A DNA stretch of 56,356 nt from Novosphingobium sp. (lineage in GTDB: Bacteria > Pseudomonadota > Alphaproteobacteria > Sphingomonadales > Sphingomonadaceae). Of this stretch, positions 48,752-56,356 are shown piece by piece. The DNA lies in contig PNJT01000001.1 in assembly GCA_013822005.1 (NCBI GenBank), forward strand, positions 1 through 56,356, in the 5' to 3' direction. Position 1 is the stretch's first letter. Each line of letters opens with the position of its first letter. The position numbers and the translations under genes were made by a program. The notes under the pieces were generated by a model. The model ran no database searches and was not told the DNA's origin. It saw only the letters and a program-made list of their open reading frames with translations.

Positions 48752-49756
48752 TTGGCAGCCTTGCGGATCCCCGACCTGCCGGAGAATCCCGAATTCGTGC
48801 AGTTCAAGCCCGGCTCTGGCCAGCGCTTTGTCCTGACCGTCGATACCGAGGAAGAGTTCGATTGGCTCAAACCGATCGAGCGTGAGGCGCACACCGTCCA
48901 CACCGTCGCCCGGCTGGCCAAGTTCCAGGAGTTTTGCGAGGCGCAGCACGTGGTGCCGATCTACCTGATCGACTATCCCATCGCCACTTCGCCCGCCGCG
49001 CAGGAAATCCTGCGCCCGGCGATTGCCGCGGGCAAGGCCGAAGTGGGCGTCCAGCTGCACCCCTGGGTCAACCCGCCGTACGACGAGGACGTGACCGAAC
49101 ACAACACTTTCGTCGGCAACCTGCCCCGCGAGCTGGAGCGTGAGAAGTTTCGGCGCCTGAAGGACGCGATCGAGCGCGGCTTTGGCGCGGCCCCGATGAT
49201 CTACCGCGCGGGGCGCTATGGCGTTGGTCCCAACACCGCCGAGACCCTGTCCGAAGGCGGAATCGCGATCGATTCGTCGGTGCGCACCAGTTTTGACTAT
49301 TCGGCCGGTGGCGGCCCCAATTTCCGCAGCTTTCCACTGCGCCCCTATTGGCTCGACCGTTCGGGCGGGCTGATGGAAATGCCGCTGACCACCGTCTATT
49401 GGGGGCCGCTGCGGCAACTGGGGCCGTGGCTCTATCCGCAAATGTGGCGCGCGCCGCGGCTGCGCGGGGTGCTCGCCAAGATCGGAATGCTTGAGCGGAT
49501 TCCGTTGACCCCCGAAGGCGTCACGTCCGAAGAAGCGATCCGCGGGATCGACATCGCGCTGGATGAAGGGCTGCCGGTGCTGGTCTTCTCGTTCCACAGC
49601 CCCTCGCTGGCCCCGGGCTATACGCCCTATGTCCGCAGCGAAGACGACCTCGACGCATTTTACGACTGGTGGCGCAAGGTTTTTGTCTACCTCGCCCAGC
49701 GCGGGGTGGCCAATGCGCGGGTCGCCGACCTGATTGAAAGCGTTGCGCTTGCCTAA
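48752..49756 (+). CDS. Polysaccharide deacetylase family protein (WalW-like)
   Basis: TVDTEEEFDW, QLHPW, YRAGRYG, FHSPSL. Confidence 0.85.
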   Translation: MAALRIPDLPENPEFVQFKPGSGQRFVLTVDTEEEFDWLKPIEREAHTVHTVARLAKFQEFCEAQHVVPIYLIDYPIATSPAAQEILRPAIAAGKAEVGVQLHPWVNPPYDEDVTEHNTFVGNLPRELEREKFRRLKDAIERGFGAAPMIYRAGRYGVGPNTAETLSEGGIAIDSSVRTSFDYSAGGGPNFRSFPLRPYWLDRSGGLMEMPLTTVYWGPLRQLGPWLYPQMWRAPRLRGVLAKIGMLERIPLTPEGVTSEEAIRGIDIALDEGLPVLVFSFHSPSLAPGYTPYVRSEDDLDAFYDWWRKVFVYLAQRGVANARVADLIESVALA

Positions 49757-49798
49757 CCGCGCCGCTGCGGCTAACCCGCGCCGTCGCTTCGTGCGGTT

Positions 49799-49875
49799 GG
49801 GCCTGTAGCTCAGTTGGTTAGAGCTGGCCGCTCATAACGGCTAGGTCGCGGGTTCGAGTCCTGCCGGGCCCACCA
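49799..49875 (+). tRNA. tRNA with CAT anticodon, most likely tRNA-Ile2 (lysidine)
   Basis: GGGCCTGTAGCTCAG..CTCATAA..CCA; paired G1-C72, so not an initiator. Confidence 0.9.
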
Positions 49876-49898
49876 CCGCACGCAAAGGACACCCCGGT

Positions 49899-49975
<77 letters not shown>

Positions 49976-49980
49976 ACAAC

Positions 49981-50156
49981 CTAGAGCGGTGATTGGAAGA
50001 TCAGAATCACCTCGCCCCAGCCCCGACTATCCTGAGCTTGTCGAAGCACTGCCCTTTTCTTCGTGCCTCGCCCGCAACCGCTTGAAGAAAAGAGCAGTGC
50101 TTCGACAAGCTCAGCATCGGCGGAATCTGGGTCAGGTTTTGCCCAAGTTGCTCTAG
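49981..50156. mobile_element. CIR/MITE-like element, copy 2
   Basis: ctagagcggtgattgg ... cccaagttgctctag. Confidence 0.75.
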
Positions 50157-50343
50157 CTCGTTCAGTCCGGAACCGCAGCTTGGAATTTCGGAAACCTGCT
50201 TCCTGGTTCAAATCCGCAACAAGGGCACCCGTTGGCAACGATGCCGTTCGGCGGCCCCGATCGTCCAGAGCCGCTTGACCAGGTTTGGCTGCAGCGTTGG
50301 CAAATTTGGGGATTCAGCCCGCTGAGTATCTTTCCAAGCAAGT

Positions 50344-51162
50344 TCATGAAGTTTTCTCCGCCAGGATCCGGGCAACCGCAATTGGGTTCCCGGCAGCGGC
50401 CGTTGTTGAAGGTTGAAGCGCCGCTCCGATCAGGAGCAGCGCAGGACCTGTCCCTGAGCAGGCATGCACCGCCAGTGGCAGCAGGTCGAGACGAGTCGTC
50501 ACGGTTTGCTCGTCAGGCAGACTGGCGTTCTCGACAATGGCGACAGGGGTCTCAGCAGGCAGACCATGGGCGAGCAATTTGCGCGCAATCTCTTCAACGG
50601 CCGCCTTGCCCATATAGATCGCCAGGGTGGCCTGCGGATCTGCCAGCGCCGCCCAATCAAAATCAAGCGCTTCCCCCGCGCGGGCATGGGCAGTCATAAA
50701 GGTCAGCTTGCGGGCGAGGCCGCGCAGTGTGAGCGACTGCCCCAGGCTGGCCGCCGCTGCGCTGGCAGTGGTGATGCCGGGGCAGATTGCTACCCGAACG
50801 CCAGCTGCGCGGCAGGCCGTCAGCTCTTCATGTGCGCGGCCGAAGATCGCCGGATCGCCGCCCTTGAGCCGGACGACGCGCTCACCGGCCAGTGCCGCGC
50901 AGACAATCAGGTCATCGATCGATTGCTGGCTTTTGGAATGGCGACCAGAGCGCTTCCCGACTGAAACGAGCCTTGCTCCGGCCGGCACCAGCGCGAGCAC
51001 GCCCGAACCGACCAGCGCATCATGAAAGACAATCGTTGCCGTAGCTATCAGGCGCTCGGCCTTGCGAGTGAGAAGTTCGGGATCGCCGGGACCAGCGCCG
51101 ACCAGCCAGACCATGCCGCATGGAAACTCAATCCCGCCACCCTGAGCGTGTTGAAGGGTCAT
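50344..51162 (-). CDS. cobA: Uroporphyrinogen-III C-methyltransferase (siroheme synthesis)
   Basis: VGAGPGDPELLT, VRLKGGDP, PGIT. Confidence 0.93.
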   Translation of the reverse strand: MTLQHAQGGGIEFPCGMVWLVGAGPGDPELLTRKAERLIATATIVFHDALVGSGVLALVPAGARLVSVGKRSGRHSKSQQSIDDLIVCAALAGERVVRLKGGDPAIFGRAHEELTACRAAGVRVAICPGITTASAAAASLGQSLTLRGLARKLTFMTAHARAGEALDFDWAALADPQATLAIYMGKAAVEEIARKLLAHGLPAETPVAIVENASLPDEQTVTTRLDLLPLAVHACSGTGPALLLIGAALQPSTTAAAGNPIAVARILAEKTS

Positions 51163-53738
51163 TCTGCTGCCTCCAGCGATGGTTCCGGAATTTCACTCAG
51201 CAAGCGCACGATCGCAGGGCGGCAGGATCCGCAGTTGGTTCCGGCCTGGGTTGCCTTGGCGATTTCGTCGATCGTCGTTGCCCCGGCGCAGGCGGCGCTC
51301 TGGATCGTGTGGCTGCCGACGCCGTGGCAGACACAAACGACTGGTCCGCGATCGGGTACTGGCACTGCAGGACGTCCGGCCAGCAACTCCGGCCCGCTGC
51401 CGGTCGTGGCACAAAGCTGTTCTGATGCCCATTCACGCGGCGGGAGCGTACCGGTGCGGGTGAGATAGAGCGCGGCCAGCAGCGCGCCATCTTGCCCCTG
51501 CACCGCGATCCGGCGCATTCCGTGCTTCAGGTCTGCCGCTTCAAGCCATTGCCCGTCAGGCAGCAGGCCAGCCGGATCAAGGTCTGCCGCACCGGCCAGC
51601 TCATACAGCCACCCATGCTTGATGCGCGAACGGCTCCACCAGAGCAGACCGGGCAAGTTGGCATCATCGCGGCAGACCAGAAATGCGCGCCATGACGGGT
51701 GAACCGCGACGACATTGGCCGGAGTGTTCTTGAAACCCGGCTGGCCGGAATGGGGGTCGGTTTCTGCCAATGGGAGCCGATTGGCGCGGGCTCCACTGGC
51801 AAAGGAGTCGGTCCAATGCATTGGTACGCACAGGTCCCCCTGGCGCTGGCTATCGCAGATTTCGACCCGGAAGATGGCCTTGCCGGCGCGGGTCGAAACG
51901 CTGGCCAGCCCGCCCTGCGCAAGGCCATATCGCGCCGCATCGGCTGGATGCACTTCGAGCAGCGCTTCGCGCCGGTGCTGCGAAAGGGTTGGAGACAGAC
52001 CGGTGCGGGTCATCGTGTGCCACTGGTCGCGGTACCGGCCGGTGTTGAGACGCAGGGGATAAGCGGGATCAGCGAGCTCGCCCGATTGCGCCGAAACCGC
52101 GATCAGCCGGGCCTTACCATCAGGATGAATGAACCGCCTTCCGAGCGGGTGAGCGCCGCCCCACAGCAGCGGTTCAAGTTCGGCATAGGCAGTGTAATCA
52201 AGCCCTGCCAGCGCGGTCAGGTCAAGCACCTTGCCATGCTGCACGGACAGCGCAGTCATCCCCGCAAATTCCCGGAAAATGTCGGCCGGACTGGTGAAGG
52301 CAAAGCTCTCGCTCCAGCCCATCCGCCCAGCAAAGTCGCACAGGATCGCCCAATCGGCACGGGCTTCGCCTGGGGCGGGCAGCAGCGCGCGCTGGCGGCT
52401 GATGCGGCGCTCGCTGTTGGTGACCGTCCCGTCTTTTTCACCCCAGGCCAGCGCAGGCAGGCGGATGTGCGCCAGGCGCGCGGTATCGGTATCGGCGATC
52501 ACATCGCTGACCACCAGCGTTTCACACCGGGCCAGCGCTTCGCGGACAAAGTCGGCATCGGGCATCGAAACCGCCGGATTGGTCGCCATCACCCACAGGA
52601 ACTTTACCCGCCCATCATGCACCGCGCGGAACAGATCGACTGCCTTCAGCCCCGGCTCGGCACAGATGTTGGGCGCATTCCAGAACAGCGCGACGTCGGC
52701 GCGTTCCTCGGCCGAAAAGCCCAGATGACAGGCAAGCGTGTTGGCCAGGCCGCCCACTTCGCGTCCGCCCATCGCATTGGGCTGGCCGGTAATGCTGAAC
52801 GGCCCCATGCCGGGTCGGTTGATCCGGCCTGTGGCAAGGTGCAGATTGATGATCGCGTTGCCCTTGTCGGTCCCGCTCCGCGATTGGTTGGCGCCTTGGC
52901 TGAACAGCGTCACCATCCGGGGATATGCTGCGACCAAATCGGCGAGCGCTGCAAATGTCGGATGATCGACTCCGAAGTCATTGGTTGCCAGGCTGTCAAT
53001 GTAGCCGCTCGGCACATCGCAGTGCTGTGCAAGGTAAGACTTATTGAGCAGGCCGCGGCAGCGCATTTCAGCCAGGAGCGCGTTAAATAGAGCCACATCG
53101 CCATCGGGCGCGATGGTTACGTGCAGGTCGGCCTGCTCGGCAGTTTCGGTACGGCGCGGGTCGATCACTATCAGCTTGGTTCCGCGCGCGGTCCGGGCCG
53201 CCTCGATCCGTTGCCAGATCACGGGATGACACCAGGCGGTGTTGGAGCCGACCAGCAGGATCAGATCGGCCTGATCAAGGTCATCGTAAGTGCAAGGCAC
53301 CACATCTTCGCCGAAGGCGCGATTGTGCGCGGCAGCCGCACTCGCCATGCAAAGACGGCTGTTGGTATCGATGTTGCCGCTGCCGATGAAGCCCTTCATC
53401 AGCTTGTTGGCGACGTAGTAGTCTTCGGTAAGGAGCTGGCCCGAGACGTAAAACGCAACCGCATCGGGGCCATGTTCGGCGATGGTCTGACGCATCCGGT
53501 CAGCCGCAAGGTCGAGCGCTTCGCCCCAGCCCGCGCGGCTCTGCCCGATCATCGGATGGAGCAGGCGCCCCTCGAGACCCACCGTTTCGCCCAGGTGGGT
53601 GCCCTTGGAACAGAGTTTTCCGAAGTTGGCAGGGTGATCGGCATCACCCTCGATCCTAACCGAGCGGTCGCCGGTGACTGTGGCACGGATTCCGCAACCC
53701 ACTCCGCAATAGGCGCAGGTTGTGCGGATCGCTTCCAC
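51159..53738 (-). CDS. nasA: Assimilatory nitrate reductase catalytic subunit
   Basis: TTCAYCGVGC, IDTNSRLCM, GQPNAMGGREVG, C-terminal BFD-like 2Fe-2S motif. Confidence 0.93.
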   Translation of the reverse strand: MEAIRTTCAYCGVGCGIRATVTGDRSVRIEGDADHPANFGKLCSKGTHLGETVGLEGRLLHPMIGQSRAGWGEALDLAADRMRQTIAEHGPDAVAFYVSGQLLTEDYYVANKLMKGFIGSGNIDTNSRLCMASAAAAHNRAFGEDVVPCTYDDLDQADLILLVGSNTAWCHPVIWQRIEAARTARGTKLIVIDPRRTETAEQADLHVTIAPDGDVALFNALLAEMRCRGLLNKSYLAQHCDVPSGYIDSLATNDFGVDHPTFAALADLVAAYPRMVTLFSQGANQSRSGTDKGNAIINLHLATGRINRPGMGPFSITGQPNAMGGREVGGLANTLACHLGFSAEERADVALFWNAPNICAEPGLKAVDLFRAVHDGRVKFLWVMATNPAVSMPDADFVREALARCETLVVSDVIADTDTARLAHIRLPALAWGEKDGTVTNSERRISRQRALLPAPGEARADWAILCDFAGRMGWSESFAFTSPADIFREFAGMTALSVQHGKVLDLTALAGLDYTAYAELEPLLWGGAHPLGRRFIHPDGKARLIAVSAQSGELADPAYPLRLNTGRYRDQWHTMTRTGLSPTLSQHRREALLEVHPADAARYGLAQGGLASVSTRAGKAIFRVEICDSQRQGDLCVPMHWTDSFASGARANRLPLAETDPHSGQPGFKNTPANVVAVHPSWRAFLVCRDDANLPGLLWWSRSRIKHGWLYELAGAADLDPAGLLPDGQWLEAADLKHGMRRIAVQGQDGALLAALYLTRTGTLPPREWASEQLCATTGSGPELLAGRPAVPVPDRGPVVCVCHGVGSHTIQSAACAGATTIDEIAKATQAGTNCGSCRPAIVRLLSEIPEPSLEAAE

Positions 53739-53742
53739 GCCC

Positions 53743-54084
53743 TCAGGCCGCTCGCTGGCCGATAACGGCGGAGCGGAGCAGGTAGATCCGCCCGGCATCG
53801 ATTTTAAGGGGAATGGTCGGCACGCAGCCCTTGTCATCCCCCTGCGCCTCACCGGTCTTGAGCGAGATGTTCCAGTTGTGCAGCGGACAGGTCACGACCG
53901 TGCCGTGGACGATCCCCTGTGACAGCGGCCCCTGCTTGTGCGGGCACTTGTTGACCAGCGCGTAGAACTGGTTGTCGAGCGTGTGGAACACCGCCACTTC
54001 CTCACCGTCCTGCACCGGCAGAGTGCGCGCGTTGCCCGGACTGATCTGGCCGACCGGGCCGATATCAAGCCATTCCCCGATCAT
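53743..54084 (-). CDS. nirD: Nitrite reductase small subunit (Rieske)
   Basis: CPHKQGPLSQG, CPLHNW. Confidence 0.92.
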   Translation of the reverse strand: MIGEWLDIGPVGQISPGNARTLPVQDGEEVAVFHTLDNQFYALVNKCPHKQGPLSQGIVHGTVVTCPLHNWNISLKTGEAQGDDKGCVPTIPLKIDAGRIYLLRSAVIGQRAA

Positions 54085-56356
54085 TGGACCAACTCCATGG
54101 GCCGGACTTCGCCAATATGCTGATGCAGCTCAGCCTCATCGCCTGCGGCCCGTTTGGCCCAAGGATCGTCCTGCATGAATTGCTGCGAATAACGAAAGCG
54201 GGCGGCCAGCTGGCCAACTGCTTCGGGATCGTCGAACAGCGCCGCCTTGACGTGGTCCAATCCGACCCGTTCGATCCACGGCGCGGTGCGTTCGAGATAC
54301 CAGGCCTGTTCGCGGTAGAGCTGGATAAAGGCGGCGCAGACGTCCATCGCCTGTTCCTCGGTCTCGACCTTGCAGAGCAGGTCGGTGGCGCGCACCTTGA
54401 TCCCGCCGTTGCCGCCCACGTGCAGCTCGTAGCCCGAATCGACACAGACCACGCCGAAGTCCTTGATCGTTGCTTCGGCGCAGTTGCGCGGGCAGCCGCT
54501 GACTGCGATCTTGAACTTATGTGGCATCCAGCTGCCCCAGGTCATCCGCTCGATCCTGACACCAAGCCCGGTCGAATCTTGCGTGCCGAAGCGGCACCAT
54601 TCGGAGCCGACGCATGTCTTCACAGTGCGCAGCGACTTGCCATAGGCGTGGCCTGAAACCATTCCGGCGGCATTGAGATCGGCCCAGACGGCAGGCAGAT
54701 CTTCCTTCTTGATCCCGAAGATATCCAGCCGCTGGCCGCCGGTAACCTTGACCATCGGCGCGTTGAACTTTTCCACCACGTCGGCGATCGCGCGCAGCTC
54801 GGTCGGGTTGGTTAGCCCGCCCCACATCCGCGGGACCACCGAATAGGTCCCGTCCTTCTGGATATTGGCGTGCATCCGCTCGTTGACGAATCGGCTCTGC
54901 TGGTCATCGACGTATTTGCCCGACAGCGCACAAAGCAGGTAATAATTGAGCGCCGGACGGCATGACGCACAGCCATCCGGCGTTGACCAACCGAGCTCCT
55001 GCATCACCTGCGGGATCAGCTTCATGTCCTTCTCGACGATCAGGCGTCGCACGTCGGAATGGGTGAAGCTGGTGCATTTGCACATGGACTTCGGCCCGCT
55101 CTCGACCGCGTCGCCGAGCGTCAGCTTGAGCAGGCTTTCGACCAGCCCGGTGCAGCTGCCACAGCTTGCCGAAGCCTTGCATTGCGCGCGCACTGCATCG
55201 AGACTGCAGGCCCCGCCCGCGATGGTGGACACGACCTTGCCTTTGGATACGCCGTTGCAACCACAGATTTCGGCGTCGTCCGAAAGGGCGGCAACGGCAG
55301 CGCTAGGGTCCAGCAGCGCACCTCCCTGGGCGAAAGCCTGGCCGAAGATAAGCGCTTCGCGGATCGGCGCGATATCCTCGTCGCGCTTGAGAAGGTCAAA
55401 ATACCAAGATCCGTCAGCGGTATCGCCAAAAAGAACCGCCCCGACGAGCCGGTCATCCTTGACGATCACTCGTTTATAGATCCCTCGTGCGGCATCGCGC
55501 ATGACGATGTCTTCGCAGCCATCGCCGCCGGAGAAGTCCCCGGCGGAAAACAGGTCGATGCCCGACACCTTCAACTTGGTCGAAGTGACCGAGCCTTCGT
55601 AGCCGCTCGGTGCACCCGTCGCATGATCGGCCAGCGCGCGGCACATGTCCCACAGCGGCGCGACCAGGCCGTAGCAGGTGCCGCGGTGCTGTACGCATTC
55701 GCCCACCGCCATGATGGCCGGGTCGGATGTGACCATGTGGTCATCAACCAGGACGCCGCGTTCGACCTCGAGCCCAGCTGCATTGGCGAGCCCTGTAGCC
55801 GGGCGGATGCCTGCCGCCATCACTACGATATCGGCGGGAAATTCGCGCCCATCCTTGAGCTTTACAGCTGCGACATGGCCATCCTTGCCAAAAATTTCTG
55901 CCGTATCTCCTCCGGTGACAATTGTCTGGCCGCGCCGCTCCAGCTCGCTCTTGAGCAGATAGCCCGCCGCCTCGTCGAGCTGGCGCTCCATCAGTGTCGG
56001 CATCAAGTGCACGACGGTGACCTGCATACCCCTGAGCGACAGGCCGTGCGCAGCTTCCAGCCCCAACAGCCCGCCGCCGATCACCACCGCCGATCCACCG
56101 CGCGCAGCTGCCGACACCATCTTTTCAACGTCGTCGAGGTCACGGAAGGTTACCACGCCGGGCAAGTCATGCCCCGGAACCGGGATGATGAAGGGATCGC
56201 TGCCGGTGGCGACCAGCAGCCGATCATAGGGCTCGACCCGGCCCGACTGCGCGACTACGGTCTGGGTTGTGCGGTCGATTGCCACCACAGGGTCGCCGGA
56301 TACCAGTGAGATGCCATTTTGGGCATACCAATCCGCGTCGTTGAGCACGATCTCGT
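54081..56356 (-). CDS. nirB: NAD(P)H nitrite reductase large subunit (5' end outside window)
   Basis: GGGLLGLE, ANIQKDGTYSVVPR, VKTCVGSEWCRFG, SGCPRNCAE. Confidence 0.95.
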   Translation of the reverse strand, partial: EIVLNDADWYAQNGISLVSGDPVVAIDRTTQTVVAQSGRVEPYDRLLVATGSDPFIIPVPGHDLPGVVTFRDLDDVEKMVSAAARGGSAVVIGGGLLGLEAAHGLSLRGMQVTVVHLMPTLMERQLDEAAGYLLKSELERRGQTIVTGGDTAEIFGKDGHVAAVKLKDGREFPADIVVMAAGIRPATGLANAAGLEVERGVLVDDHMVTSDPAIMAVGECVQHRGTCYGLVAPLWDMCRALADHATGAPSGYEGSVTSTKLKVSGIDLFSAGDFSGGDGCEDIVMRDAARGIYKRVIVKDDRLVGAVLFGDTADGSWYFDLLKRDEDIAPIREALIFGQAFAQGGALLDPSAAVAALSDDAEICGCNGVSKGKVVSTIAGGACSLDAVRAQCKASASCGSCTGLVESLLKLTLGDAVESGPKSMCKCTSFTHSDVRRLIVEKDMKLIPQVMQELGWSTPDGCASCRPALNYYLLCALSGKYVDDQQSRFVNERMHANIQKDGTYSVVPRMWGGLTNPTELRAIADVVEKFNAPMVKVTGGQRLDIFGIKKEDLPAVWADLNAAGMVSGHAYGKSLRTVKTCVGSEWCRFGTQDSTGLGVRIERMTWGSWMPHKFKIAVSGCPRNCAEATIKDFGVVCVDSGYELHVGGNGGIKVRATDLLCKVETEEQAMDVCAAFIQLYREQAWYLERTAPWIERVGLDHVKAALFDDPEAVGQLAARFRYSQQFMQDDPWAKRAAGDEAELHQHIGEVRPMELVQ

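Noticed and set aside
54081-56356. nirB lacking its N-terminus as a pseudogene
   Set aside because: The frame is open to the window edge; the truncation is a window artefact

Overview
GC-rich alphaproteobacterial chromosomal segment. Gene order and repeat families point to Sphingomonadales (Novosphingobium-like); this is an inference. The housekeeping backbone comprises aroB/aroK, xerD, accA, an M48 protease, two Flp pilins, mutT, folE, ahcY, divL-tsaE-amgK-murU-addB-addA-trxA, aroQ-accB-accC, lrp, tRNA-Ile2/tRNA-Pro and the 3' part of an assimilatory nitrate/nitrite operon (nirB-nirD-nasA-cobA). The main accessory feature is a ~10.9-kb integrative element in tRNA-Arg(ACG), bounded by 46-bp att repeats at 10353-10398 and 21289-21334 with candidate arm-type repeats at both ends. 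It has a phage-satellite-like layout (int, xis, wHTH, HGGxSTG/TerS-like module) and no recognisable capsid, conjugation or helicase genes. It carries (i) a compact superfamily-A/T7-RNAP-like polymerase where a primase/rep gene usually sits, and (ii) a captured ribosomal protein bL25 gene with a foreign C-terminal tail, coupled to a coiled-coil ORF. A SLOG-SLATT-type membrane protein and a PMT-family glycosyltransferase lie just outside attR. Intergenic spaces hold several REP/MITE/CIR-like palindromic families, some of which supply a stop codon or RBS to neighbouring genes. All calls come from motif recognition by eye; no database searches were run.
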